The notes beneath the pieces were generated by a model that saw only the letters and a program-made list of their open reading frames with translations, ran no database searches and was not told the origin of the DNA. Shown here one piece after another: positions 51,773-61,693 of a DNA stretch of 64,000 bases. Source of the stretch: Nitrosopumilus sp. Its GTDB lineage: Archaea; Thermoproteota; Nitrososphaeria; Nitrososphaerales; Nitrosopumilaceae. The first letter of the stretch is position 1. Every line of letters begins with the position of its first letter. The translations under genes and the position numbers were made by a program. The stretch lies in contig OZ244650.1 of NCBI GenBank assembly GCA_965218785.1, positions 1,792,001 through 1,856,000 on the forward strand, given 5' to 3'.

Positions 51773-51850
51773 ATGCAAAAATTCCTGCAATCTAATTATA
51801 AAGTTTACTAAAAAATTGGTAATTACCACTAAAATTGTATATAATTGGCT

Positions 51851-52435
51851 TTATTTTAGGATGTATTTCCCAAGAATATCAGTTTCAATATTAACTTTAT
51901 CGCCTACTTTCTTGGTTTGAAAATTTGTCAGTTGGATAGTATGAGGAATTAATGAAACAGTTGCAAGGGTGTTTTTGATATCAACAACTGTCAGACTGAT
52001 TCCATCTACAGCGATGGATCCCTTTTTCACCACATATTTTGATAGTTTTTTAGGAACCTCAAACCAAACCCGGACTTCCTTGGGTTTTTTTTGAATTTTT
52101 CTAATAATTCCTACTCCGTCTACATGACCCAATACAAAATGTCCTTCTAATCTATCACCGGTTTTCAGACTTCGTTCAATGTTTACATGTCCGCCGACTT
52201 TGAGGTTTCCAAGATCTGTTTTTTTAGTTGTCTCTTCAATCATTTCAAAAACACAGTCAGATTTAGATAGTTTTGTGGCAGTAAGACAGACACCGTTAAG
52301 AGCAACGCTTTGTCCAATTTTCAGTCCTTTGGCATGTTTTCCCAGATTGACAGTCATTTGAATGGCGCTTCTATTTTTAGTATTTTTAGAAATCCGTCGT
52401 ACCTTGCCAATACCTTCAACTATTCCTGTAAACAT
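51851..52435 (-). CDS. ribE: riboflavin synthase, bacterial/eukaryal type
   Basis: MFTGIVE N-terminus, NGVCLT, GHFVLGHVDG, DGISLT. Confidence 0.95.
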   Translation of the reverse strand: MFTGIVEGIGKVRRISKNTKNRSAIQMTVNLGKHAKGLKIGQSVALNGVCLTATKLSKSDCVFEMIEETTKKTDLGNLKVGGHVNIERSLKTGDRLEGHFVLGHVDGVGIIRKIQKKPKEVRVWFEVPKKLSKYVVKKGSIAVDGISLTVVDIKNTLATVSLIPHTIQLTNFQTKKVGDKVNIETDILGKYILK

Positions 52436-52465
52436 TAAGAATTGGTACTGATTCTTTGTATAAAA

Positions 52466-53170
52466 TTATTTGGAATCATACGTTTCAAATTCATTCTCAC
52501 AAAATTGATGAAATACCGAACATTTGTTTTTCTTGGCGTCGATCTTAATTTGTTCCATGTTCTTGTTAAGCACTCCCTGTGCTGCTAAAAACGCATCGTC
52601 TTCCATACCTAATTTTCTTAGTAATTGTGATTTCGCAAGCGGGGCTTCCTTCAAGCTAGAATCAATCATCTGGACTTTATCATAATAGTCTACGGCGTCC
52701 TTGTAATTGCCCAGATGACTAAGGGAAATGGCCTTGTTCATCAGTGCAGTAACATCAGTCAAGTCTATTTGCAGGGATTTGTCATAACATTCAAGAGCCT
52801 CCTGGTGTCGATTCAGTTCGTTGAGGGACAATCCCATGCTGTTTAGAGTCCAAACATCCCGAGAATTCTTGGATAGAATTTCTTTACATAATTTTAAAAC
52901 CTGTTCGTGTTGTTTCAAGCTTTCAAGTGCGTAGATCTTGTTTTTTAGTGCATAAACATCCGATTTTTTTATTTTCAAGACCTTGTCGCAATAGAGAATT
53001 GCCTCATCATATTTTTTTAAATAAATCAAGGCCAGGCAGATATTCTGAAGTGCGACCATATCATTAGGTATTTTTTCAAGCAGGTTTTTGCAGTAATTAT
53101 ACATATCATCGTATTTTCCAGAATTAAACATTCTAGTGATTACATTTGTAGGATCAAGAAGATCAATCAT
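52466..53170 (-). CDS. tetratricopeptide repeat protein
   Basis: TPR units such as LNSMGLSLNELNRHQEALECYDKSL. Confidence 0.88.
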   Translation of the reverse strand: MIDLLDPTNVITRMFNSGKYDDMYNYCKNLLEKIPNDMVALQNICLALIYLKKYDEAILYCDKVLKIKKSDVYALKNKIYALESLKQHEQVLKLCKEILSKNSRDVWTLNSMGLSLNELNRHQEALECYDKSLQIDLTDVTALMNKAISLSHLGNYKDAVDYYDKVQMIDSSLKEAPLAKSQLLRKLGMEDDAFLAAQGVLNKNMEQIKIDAKKNKCSVFHQFCENEFETYDSK

Positions 53171-53450
53171 TTACTATGATTTTATTAGAATCCTCATGTC
53201 TTTAATGTATTCTAAGAGGTTCTGGGTACTTGACACCTGAAATCACGATCTTCCCAAGATTGAACCACCTCCAAACAGCCCTGAAAAAAAGCCAAGTCAT
53301 GGGATAATCACTCCCCATGGCGGTTCACCTACTGGGGCATCCCTGCATGTGACTGGAAACAACAGGGCATACATGCGGCAACATTACGCAATCTGGAGTG
53401 GTACATAACATCAGTTAGTGTGACGTTTTTAGATGATAGAGTTTATGGTC

Positions 53451-53565
53451 AATCGATCTTGGACTAGCATCTCGAATGTAAACTGGCATCGATCACATCT
53501 GGGATTATGATCTGAAAAATTTGCACGTGTGTTAGTTACTTTGGAGTAGGGTCAGTACGCATAAA
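53451..53565. repeat. dispersed ~115-bp repeat, copy 2
   Basis: Same-orientation homologue of 8854-8968. Confidence 0.85.
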
Positions 53566-53618
53566 CTCAGTATCTTGGGACACGAGCTATAAGATCAGAA
53601 ACCCGATCATACAGATTA

Positions 53619-54473
53619 TTATCTTACAAGTTCAAGCAATGCCTTGGCTTGCTTGAAATGTACCTCATCTATCATTTTTCCATCAACTGTTGTAGCGCCC
53701 TTTCCTTTTTTTGTAGAATTTAGATAGGTTTTACAGACTTTTTCAGCCCACAAAATTTCACTTTTGTTTGGATGAAACAGTTTGTGGACTGTTGATATTT
53801 GATCCGGATGTATGACGCACTTTCCAGAATATCCCATGCTTTTGCCAAATTTGCAGTCATTTTCTAATCCCTTGGCGTCCTTTAGATCCTGCCATATTGC
53901 ATCTATTGCAATTATCCCAGCTGCGCGCGCATCAACTGGGATCTTTGTTCTTGAATATTTGGCGCCCCTTGATTCTTTTGTGTATTCTATTCCCAGATCA
54001 TTTAACAGATCAAAAACCCCAAAAACTATCGCCGTAACTCTTTTTCCAAAGGAGGAGATATCATAGGCATTAACAACTCCCTTGGCAGATTCGATGGAAG
54101 GAACCAGTTGAATCGGTTTGAGTTTCCTTGTTTTTTCTAGTGTTGCCAGGGTTTTTTCAATTTTTTTTATCTCCTGAGTATTGTTTACTTTGGGAATCAC
54201 TATTCCATCAATGCCTTTCTGGATAATTTCCTTGAGGTCATCCGGGATTTTCCCTGATAACGGGGAATTTGTACGGACAAAGATTGAGGATTTGTATGAT
54301 TTTCTAGATTTTAAGGCAGACTTTATGAGTTTTCTTGCATTTGATTTTTCATTATCAGGAACTGAATCTTCTAGATCAAAACAGACAATGTCGGCTTTGA
54401 GTTTTTTTGCTTTTTCAAGAAATCTGGGATTGTTTCCTGGAACGAAAATAAGGCTTCGGAAGAACAGGGTCAT
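53619..54473 (-). CDS. CitE/HpcH family CoA-ester lyase
   Basis: RSLIFVPG, DLEDSV, IESAKG, GK.VIHPDQI, DGKMID. Confidence 0.92.
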   Translation of the reverse strand: MTLFFRSLIFVPGNNPRFLEKAKKLKADIVCFDLEDSVPDNEKSNARKLIKSALKSRKSYKSSIFVRTNSPLSGKIPDDLKEIIQKGIDGIVIPKVNNTQEIKKIEKTLATLEKTRKLKPIQLVPSIESAKGVVNAYDISSFGKRVTAIVFGVFDLLNDLGIEYTKESRGAKYSRTKIPVDARAAGIIAIDAIWQDLKDAKGLENDCKFGKSMGYSGKCVIHPDQISTVHKLFHPNKSEILWAEKVCKTYLNSTKKGKGATTVDGKMIDEVHFKQAKALLELVR

Positions 54474-54480
54474 TAAATGA

Positions 54481-55560
54481 CTAGGCGCCCTCGGGCTTCA
54501 TTAAGATTTTGCCAAAGAGTCCTTTTCCAGTTAACATCTTTGTGTGAGCCTCGGCTGCCTGCTCAAATGAGTAAGTTGAGTCGATTGCCGCCTTGATTTT
54601 GCCCTGACCCATCCAGTAAAGGGCCTGGTCAAGTTCAGCCTTGCTTCCTTGTGTTGAACCTAGGATGTTGGTTCCCTTAAAGAAGACATGTCTTAGATCA
54701 GTGTGTGCATCATAGCCAGTTGTTGCGCCACATGAAACTAAAGTTGCGCCATATTTGAGTAGAGTTAGCTGCTTGTTCCAGTGTGTTTCACCAATATGAT
54801 CAAATGAAACATCGATTCCTGGTACTTCGCCTTTCTTTTTTGCAATCTCCTTTGTGATTCCACGTACTTCCTTGTGCCAATCATCTTTTCTGTGGTCTAC
54901 TGCGTAATCTGCCCCCAATTTCAGACACTTGTCTAGTTTATCCGGGCTTGCAGTAGCAATGACATCACAATTGTAGAGTTTTGCAATTTGAATGCCAAAA
55001 CTTCCCACTCCTGAACCGCCGCCCATAATCAAGACGGTTTGTCCGGGAACAATCTTGGCTCTGCCAACTAGCATGTGCCAGGAAGTAAGTAGGGTCATTG
55101 ATGCAGCTGCTGCATCATCATATGAAACACCTTCTGGAATTTTTGAAATATTAACTTCGGGGAGATGTGTGACTTCTTGATAAGCTCCCCATGTTGGACC
55201 GGTTTGAAAACCCCAGATAGTCCTGTGAATACAGTCAAATTCTCTGCCGTCAGTACATGCTTTACATACCCTGCAAGACATGTTAGAGTGGGAAACTACT
55301 TTGTCTCCAACTTTGATATTTTTAACGTCCTCACCTATTGCAATTACATCTCCGGCAGCATCAGAACCTGAAACATGTGGAAGTGGAACAGGAACCGGCT
55401 GGCCCCTCATTCCCCAAATATCATTATAATTCAGGGCTGTAGATTTTACTTTGAAAACTACTTCATCTGCTTTTGGTTTTGGTTCATCCATATCCTGAAC
55501 TTTGAGGATTTTGGCATAATTATCATCTGGTGCATATTCATTGTATACAACGGCTTTCAT
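54481..55560 (-). CDS. MDR-family zinc-binding dehydrogenase/enoyl-CoA reductase, paralogue 2
   Basis: Collinear with 14490-15569 (both 359 aa); CRVCKAC..C, GGGSGVG. Confidence 0.88.
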   Translation of the reverse strand: MKAVVYNEYAPDDNYAKILKVQDMDEPKPKADEVVFKVKSTALNYNDIWGMRGQPVPVPLPHVSGSDAAGDVIAIGEDVKNIKVGDKVVSHSNMSCRVCKACTDGREFDCIHRTIWGFQTGPTWGAYQEVTHLPEVNISKIPEGVSYDDAAAASMTLLTSWHMLVGRAKIVPGQTVLIMGGGSGVGSFGIQIAKLYNCDVIATASPDKLDKCLKLGADYAVDHRKDDWHKEVRGITKEIAKKKGEVPGIDVSFDHIGETHWNKQLTLLKYGATLVSCGATTGYDAHTDLRHVFFKGTNILGSTQGSKAELDQALYWMGQGKIKAAIDSTYSFEQAAEAHTKMLTGKGLFGKILMKPEGA

Positions 55561-55713
55561 GAATAAATCAACTTTTTACCCATAATTATATTTTATCTGT
55601 ACAAGCCTCTCAAAGTGCTTCTTGAGAGCATCAATTCCCCCGACTAGAACGAGATCCACAGTTGATAGTTTGATTTTCAGTCATTTTGACCGTATCTGGG
55701 ACTGAAGAGGGGA

Positions 55714-55995
55714 TCAGATACGATTTATCTTAAAATTGTGTTTTGGTTGCTGAATGGAGATCAGTATCTGCTTTAGCTGATCATCAGATAGTCGACCGGG
55801 GATTTTTCCTTGAGTTGCCATTCCAATCAGGTATTGTTCAACTAGATCAGATAGTTCCGGTTTTACCATTTTGATGTTGTTTAGCCTTGCTCTTGCCTCA
55901 GATGTAAGAATTTGTTTTAGAATCTGCTCTTTTTGTGCAGCTAGTTCATGGTTTGTACTACCTTGAGGTTGATCGTTAGATTCCGGAAAACTCAT
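55714..55995 (-). CDS. PDCD5/TFAR19-like DNA-binding protein
   Basis: ILT.EARARL.NIKMVKPE..VEQYLI. Confidence 0.92.
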   Translation of the reverse strand: MSFPESNDQPQGSTNHELAAQKEQILKQILTSEARARLNNIKMVKPELSDLVEQYLIGMATQGKIPGRLSDDQLKQILISIQQPKHNFKINRI

Positions 55996-56002
55996 TTTAA
56001 AT

Positions 56003-56455
56003 CTAAGTGTACACTTTTAATTGAGGATTTTCAACAATTAGTTCTTTGAGAATTTCTGTTGCTATCCTGTCAAGTTTCTGCATGCCATGTTTAGAAACGA
56101 CACGTCCCTTCTTCTCGACTTGCACTATATAACCAAGTTTTTCTAATCCATGAATGGCATTACGTATAATTGCACCACTGGCATCTTTATGGTGTGCGGC
56201 CCCGTATCCAGACGGCCTGCCGCCGCCATAATCTTTTCTTAATTCATTAATTCCAATTGGACCATTAAGGTAAATTTTTCTCATTAATGATGCACATCTT
56301 GTATGCCACCATTCCCTGTCTTGCGGTGGTTTGTCTGCATGAGCCCCTGTTTTGACAAATGGGATCCATGAGGGTGCAGGAATGTCTTCATTCTTTAGAA
56401 TGTCTGCAAGTCTTCCTATCAACACATCTGCTGGTACGTCGTATACCTTTGCCAT
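56003..56455 (-). CDS. rps19e: 30S ribosomal protein S19e
   Basis: VYDVPA, W..FVKTG, WWHTRCASLMRK, SGAIIR. Confidence 0.96.
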   Translation of the reverse strand: MAKVYDVPADVLIGRLADILKNEDIPAPSWIPFVKTGAHADKPPQDREWWHTRCASLMRKIYLNGPIGINELRKDYGGGRPSGYGAAHHKDASGAIIRNAIHGLEKLGYIVQVEKKGRVVSKHGMQKLDRIATEILKELIVENPQLKVYT

Positions 56456-56546
56456 GAAGTGAAAAAATCGAGAATCGTCTTATAAATCATTGAGATAATG
56501 TGTCTAGTCAGTCAAGTTCAGCGTGGATTTCTTGTCTGTAACACCA

Positions 56547-56849
56547 CTATTTGGATATAATTTTACGATAAGTATGCCCGCATAAATTACAGGAGATTCT
56601 GATCGACTTGACAGATGCCCTCCCCATACGAATCCGGGAATTAATTCCAGGCGCAATAAAGGACTTGCATTTTTTGCAAAAAACCATCCTAAGATCATAA
56701 GGCATTCGAATTTTGTGCCTGGAACTGATCCTGCGGGCAAGCAAGGCCTGACGCTGAGAAAGCTGGGGGTTTGTTTTTGCATTACTGATTGCATTTTCAA
56801 TAAGAATCCGCATTCTTTCCATTGCGATTTTTCTAAGTGCGGGTTTCAC
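56547..56849 (-). CDS. rnp4: ribonuclease P protein component 4 (Rpp21)
   Basis: IA.ERM.IL, FCKKC..PG...R.R, SCNLCG...R. Confidence 0.93.
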   Translation of the reverse strand: MKPALRKIAMERMRILIENAISNAKTNPQLSQRQALLARRISSRHKIRMPYDLRMVFCKKCKSFIAPGINSRIRMGRASVKSIRISCNLCGHTYRKIISK

Positions 56850-56899
56850 AATTGTTTCTAGAAATACGCCTAAAAATTAGTTCTCATTATTATGAAAAA

Positions 56900-56973
56900 T
56901 GCAGTCAGCGGGATTCGAACCCGCGTCACAGGGTTGGAAACCCCGAATACTAACCAGGCTATACTATGACTGC
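56900..56973 (-). tRNA. tRNA-Gly(TCC)
   Basis: GCAGTCATAGTATAGCCTGGTTAGTATTCGGGG-TTTCCAA-CCCTGTGACGCGGGTTCGAATCCCGCTGACTGCA. Confidence 0.95.
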
Positions 56974-56995
56974 AACAGAATGGAAATTTTATATC

Positions 56996-57664
56996 CTACA
57001 TAAAAATGGTTTTTTCGTACTCATATAGCATCCTAGCTACTACAACATGGCCTTCAAAGGATTCATTACCAACAGAATACAAAGTGTTTATCTTGCTTTT
57101 GATTGAATCAGAGAAATTCCCCTTTTGAAATCCTCCAAAAACGATACATGCGTCATCTGAGATCTCTTTTGCAATATTTTCATACGAGTTTGGCGTACCC
57201 TGTGTCGAGAATCCGATAACTCGGGATGGGCGGATTTCATCCAATAGTTCTGAAAAGGATTTTTCTTTAATCTCAAGTAATGTTTCACCGTTTGCCAAAA
57301 TCGTTTTTTCCTGATACAGTTTTTCAATCAAACCCTCAAATCGGTGATATGATTTAGGCACATGCACGTTTTGACCAAAATAAATTATCTTCTCATCAGT
57401 TGTATGAACAAAAAGTTTCATCTTGCTTTGAAGGTATAATGGAATTGTAGTAGCTTCAAGTATTGAAAAGTGGACTAGATCCGGCCGTCCTCTTTTAATT
57501 TCATTTTTAATTCCTTTCATGGCTGCAAAATGCCAGGAATTATCCAGTAAAATTTCTGACGTATGTTTTCCAAGCTTTCTTGCATGTGAAATTACTGACG
57601 GGTGATCACTTAACTCAAAAGGTACCAGTTCTAATGCGGATTCGGATAAAATTATGGAAATCAT
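56996..57664 (-). CDS. nep1: Nep1/Emg1 SSU rRNA pseudouridine methyltransferase
   Basis: ESALELVP, RGRPDLVH, PKSYHRFEGL, GGFQKG. Confidence 0.93.
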   Translation of the reverse strand: MISIILSESALELVPFELSDHPSVISHARKLGKHTSEILLDNSWHFAAMKGIKNEIKRGRPDLVHFSILEATTIPLYLQSKMKLFVHTTDEKIIYFGQNVHVPKSYHRFEGLIEKLYQEKTILANGETLLEIKEKSFSELLDEIRPSRVIGFSTQGTPNSYENIAKEISDDACIVFGGFQKGNFSDSIKSKINTLYSVGNESFEGHVVVARMLYEYEKTIFM

Positions 57665-58794
57665 TAGTTGATCAATTCAATCTGTTTTTTAAATTCATTC
57701 CAGCCTGATTTTGGAACATCATTAACATCTACAAGACCTGCATTGCAGACATAATAATTTAGCCTTTCAATAACGTATTCACTACCACCCAGACCGGAAC
57801 TGCCCCCAACACTAATCTTTTTATCACCAATATCTTGCTGCTCCGTGGCACAGGTACCTTCGGGCCGGTCGTATTGTCTGTACCATGTCAAAAACTCGAT
57901 TTCAGACTCGTTCTCCGAATAAAATTCAAATAATTCCATCAAAAAGTCCTTTTGGGAATCTGTACTTCCACCTATAAAGTCAGACGTACTCCAACTGACC
58001 TCAAAAAATCCCACCTTTTTATTTGGCACAATCTCAAATGCCCTTTGCAAATCCTCCCTGCTCTCTTGAGGGGTGTTTACAATATCATTTAGGTTGTCAA
58101 CTGGAAAGTATGAAAATGCAACAAAATCACCGATGATTAAATCATCAACAATATGTGTCAGTTCTTTATTTAATACATGATGTAATGCAAATGAATTTCC
58201 AAGCTTCACATCGGGGTGTTTTTCCTTTATTTTTTCATAAACTCCAGAAAATAATTCCTTGTATACAGGAATGTTTTGTTCATGGTAGCGAAATTGGGAT
58301 TCTGTCTCACCGGCAATGATTACGGTATCTATGATGTGATATCGTGAAAGAATCGCATCAAGTACGCTGACGAGTCGTTGCTGGTCTATGGAATTAAGGG
58401 ATGGTCTTCCAATCCAATCAGGAAATGGACCTAGCGTTTCCCCGTTAATTACCGAGAAGAACAGTGTTACTTTTAGATCATTTTTTTCATTTAATCCCAT
58501 CAACACATCTGACTGTCTCCAATCAAATTCCCCTTTTTGAGGTTCAACTAGATTCCAAAATAGATACACGTTGTTTCGACCTATTCCAGATGATGCCGCA
58601 TCTGAAAAAACCTCGTCAACTCGTTGTAGTGATACTGACTGGTTTGACGTATTAATTACAAGGCCGATTTTTTCATTTTTTGTAATATTGAAAGTTTCCG
58701 AATCTGGCAAATCAGATGTGACAGATAACAAGACAGCAGCAGATGCTATGCCCATAATTACACCTGCAATTACGCCTGCGATCTTTTGGTTCAT
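57664..58794 (-). CDS. membrane-anchored clan GH-A-like TIM-barrel glycoside hydrolase homologue
   Basis: N-terminal TM helix; W..VEP.KGEFDW..D; AGETE and FFEVSW putative catalytic glutamates; FSYFP. Confidence 0.65.
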   Translation of the reverse strand: MNQKIAGVIAGVIMGIASAAVLLSVTSDLPDSETFNITKNEKIGLVINTSNQSVSLQRVDEVFSDAASSGIGRNNVYLFWNLVEPQKGEFDWRQSDVLMGLNEKNDLKVTLFFSVINGETLGPFPDWIGRPSLNSIDQQRLVSVLDAILSRYHIIDTVIIAGETESQFRYHEQNIPVYKELFSGVYEKIKEKHPDVKLGNSFALHHVLNKELTHIVDDLIIGDFVAFSYFPVDNLNDIVNTPQESREDLQRAFEIVPNKKVGFFEVSWSTSDFIGGSTDSQKDFLMELFEFYSENESEIEFLTWYRQYDRPEGTCATEQQDIGDKKISVGGSSGLGGSEYVIERLNYYVCNAGLVDVNDVPKSGWNEFKKQIELIN

Positions 58795-58839
58795 ACAGAT
58801 TGAAAAAGAAAAGAAAGTAAAAAAAGTTGTGATTCTTGT

Positions 58840-61491
58840 TTATCCGGAGGTACAACCGCTGTATCCGCATTCAATACAGATACTGCATCCTTCCACAAAG
58901 ACCAGGTTGTTTTTGCAGGTTGGACATAAGCGGTCCTCTGAGACATTATCCTGTTTTTGAGGTTCGACTTTGATCTCTTCATCGTGCACTTTAAGCGCAA
59001 GCGCGGCATTTACCTGGGATTTGATATACGGATTTGTGATGTGTTTCTTCACATAATCAGTAATGTACTCAGTTGGTAGAACCTCGAATGTTTTTTCTGC
59101 ATTTTGACTTGTCATGTGAAGTACCTGTTTATGTCTAGAGCCATCACGGTATACGGTGATTCCCTTGAGTCCCATCTCATGTGCTAACAGATATGCAGAT
59201 TTTACATCCTCTGCAGTTACATCGTATGGCATGTTGATTGTTTTTGCAATTGCATTTCCAATCCATTCCTGCCATACACCCTGGGCCATAAGATGATCAG
59301 CCCAGTGGATATCCATTGCCGTAACAAAGACATCTTGCATCCATTGTGGGATCTCTGGGATTCCCTTCAATGAGCCATAGTTGTCAGCAATCTTTTCAAG
59401 AATTTCATCGTTGTAAATATGATTTTCTTTCAGGACTTCCTCAACTATCTTGTTTGTATAGAAGAACCTTCCAACAGTTACTCTCTTTTCAAATACAAGG
59501 GCAAATGTAGGTTCCATTCCGTTTGAACAGTCAGCAATCATGGATAGTGTGCCAGTTGGAGCGACTGTGGTTGCCAGGACGTTTCTGATACCATATTTTT
59601 TGATTTTTTCAATTAATGCATCCCATTCGTAAGAGTGGAATTCCTTTGGTTTCTCATAGTATCCTGCCACCGGAATCTTTCCTTCCGGATATTCAGTCTT
59701 TGAACAAAGTGGGAACTCGCCGCGGGATTTGGCAAGGGCGACACTTTCTTCCATGGAATAATACGTCAGGGCCTCGGCCAGTTTTGATTGCAGATCATAT
59801 CCTTCTTTGGAATTGTATGGAATTCTTAGCTTGTACAGGAGATCTGCTACTCCCATGACTCCAAGTCCGATTCGTCTGGATTCCTTTGATGCCACGTTGA
59901 TTTCTTTGACAGGATAGGTATTCACATCAATGATGTTATCGAGGAATCTTGTCGTCTTTCTGATGGTCTCCTCATATCTTTGCCAATCAAATTCAAAAGT
60001 TCCATCTGCCTGTCTCTTGACAAGATTTACCAGGTTGATGGATCCCAGATTGCATGATTCGTATGGATAAAGACTCTGTTCGCCGCAGGGATTTGTTGCT
60101 CGTAGTGGTGCCTGTCTAGCTTTTGCAAACACGTTGTATTTGTTAATTTGATCAAAGAAGATCAATCCGGGTTCTGCGCTTTTCCATGCAGATAATGCAA
60201 TCAGATCAATTAACTGATGTGCGCTGATTTCTTTAACCGGTTTTTTGTCACGCGGACTGCGTAAAACATAGCTGCCATCTGTGGTATTGACAAGTGAGTG
60301 CCAAAAGTCCTCCCAGATACCAACACTTACGTTAAAGTTTTCCAAAACGCCCGGTTCTGTTTTGTTTGTGATGAATTTCTCAACATCAGGATGCCATGCC
60401 TCAATAATGCCCATGTTTGCACCGCGTCTTTTTCCCCCCTGCTTTACAACTTCAGTCACGGTATTGATGATATTCATAAATGATACCGGACCGGATGCTA
60501 CACCAGAGGTTGATGCGACAATATCGCCTTCCTCTCGTAGATCAGAGTAGTTAATTCCCACTCCTCCTCCGGATTTGAAGATCAATGCCGCATCAGAAGT
60601 CGACTTCATGATTTGTTCCATGCCGTCTTCCATTCCAAGTACAAAACAGGCTGAGAGTTGTCCCAGTCTTCCACCGGCATTCATCATTGTTGGCGAGTTT
60701 GGCAAAAAGTCCTGTGATGTCATTAGCTCAAAGTACTCTGTTATTTTGTCTTCATAACTATCAAGATTCTTTGCCGCCAACAACATCAGAAGATCCTTGA
60801 AACTAACTTTCATCTGGTTTTTCTTTGCAAGTGCCACATAGTGGTTGATCAAAGATCTAAAATGCCACTTGTTGAGATAGTAATTTCCCACCTTGAATTT
60901 ATAATCAAACGCATCTAGTTTTTCAAGATAAGACTGTGCTTCGTCTATATCTTGTGCTGTGGTTCCAGATTTGTCAAAGATTTGTGAGTCATAGAGAATA
61001 TCACCGATTCCGACTAGAATTGCGACTCTTTCAAACATTTGTGTAGGGGACTCTATGATCTCATTTTTGCCATTTCTGAAAAGATATCTTGATGCCAAGA
61101 CTCTCAGGCAGTTCAGGTCAAACTTTTTAGAAACAGGATCAAGGGACTTTAGATTCAGGATCCTCATTTTTTCGACCCTTAGTTTTCTTCTCTCCTGTCT
61201 ATACAGGATAAACGCTTTTGTTATATCGATGGGGCCGCTACTCATCAGGGTTAACTCTACCATATCCTGAATGTCCTCGACAGTAGGTGCCCTAGAGCTG
61301 GTAAATCCCTGTTCTACGAGTTTGTCAACTACGTTATCTGCGAGTTGATCGGCTAGACCACGATCGGCTTTAGAGGTGGCTGCCAATGCCTTGAAAATGG
61401 CATTTGAAATTTTGTCTTTATTAAAAGCCGTTACTGCACCACTGCGCTTACGGATTTCGTTGATAGTACTTTCTATTTGTGAATTATCCAA
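58840..61491 (-). CDS. nrdJ: class II adenosylcobalamin-dependent ribonucleotide reductase with N-terminal ATP-cone
   Basis: IRKRSG ATP-cone, PNSPT, LSACF, RRGANMG, TNPCGE, SCNLGS, APTGT, C-terminal Cys cluster. Confidence 0.96.
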   Translation of the reverse strand: MDNSQIESTINEIRKRSGAVTAFNKDKISNAIFKALAATSKADRGLADQLADNVVDKLVEQGFTSSRAPTVEDIQDMVELTLMSSGPIDITKAFILYRQERRKLRVEKMRILNLKSLDPVSKKFDLNCLRVLASRYLFRNGKNEIIESPTQMFERVAILVGIGDILYDSQIFDKSGTTAQDIDEAQSYLEKLDAFDYKFKVGNYYLNKWHFRSLINHYVALAKKNQMKVSFKDLLMLLAAKNLDSYEDKITEYFELMTSQDFLPNSPTMMNAGGRLGQLSACFVLGMEDGMEQIMKSTSDAALIFKSGGGVGINYSDLREEGDIVASTSGVASGPVSFMNIINTVTEVVKQGGKRRGANMGIIEAWHPDVEKFITNKTEPGVLENFNVSVGIWEDFWHSLVNTTDGSYVLRSPRDKKPVKEISAHQLIDLIALSAWKSAEPGLIFFDQINKYNVFAKARQAPLRATNPCGEQSLYPYESCNLGSINLVNLVKRQADGTFEFDWQRYEETIRKTTRFLDNIIDVNTYPVKEINVASKESRRIGLGVMGVADLLYKLRIPYNSKEGYDLQSKLAEALTYYSMEESVALAKSRGEFPLCSKTEYPEGKIPVAGYYEKPKEFHSYEWDALIEKIKKYGIRNVLATTVAPTGTLSMIADCSNGMEPTFALVFEKRVTVGRFFYTNKIVEEVLKENHIYNDEILEKIADNYGSLKGIPEIPQWMQDVFVTAMDIHWADHLMAQGVWQEWIGNAIAKTINMPYDVTAEDVKSAYLLAHEMGLKGITVYRDGSRHKQVLHMTSQNAEKTFEVLPTEYITDYVKKHITNPYIKSQVNAALALKVHDEEIKVEPQKQDNVSEDRLCPTCKNNLVFVEGCSICIECGYSGCTSG

Positions 61492-61526
61492 TTATAATCT
61501 CCACGTAAGGGGTATGATGAATGTGG

Positions 61527-61598
61527 TTATAACTGATTCTGAAATTAATTCCTCAGCAACGGTTCAATAATATTGACATCGCTACTATGAAGTTCATA
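61527..61598 (-). promoter_or_regulatory. putative nrdJ promoter (TTATAA) with two upstream 13-bp palindromes
   Basis: TTATAA at 61527-61532; TCAATA-A-TATTGA at 61564-61576; TATGAA-G-TTCATA at 61586-61598. Confidence 0.45.
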
Positions 61599-61693
61599 CC
61601 GGCATAATTTTAAGGATGTACGATGATCGCTAGATCTGAAAGTGATCCAATAGTTTGGAAAAATGATCGTAACTAGTTTCACTTTCACGAATT

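Noticed and set aside
46792-53416. Shared 12-mer ATAACATCAGTT at about 46792 and 53405
   Set aside because: Matches this short are expected by chance in 64 kb; flanks do not align
58840-61491. Intein in nrdJ
   Set aside because: No C...HN-C/S/T splice motifs or LAGLIDADG block; the extra N-terminal segment looks like an ordinary insertion
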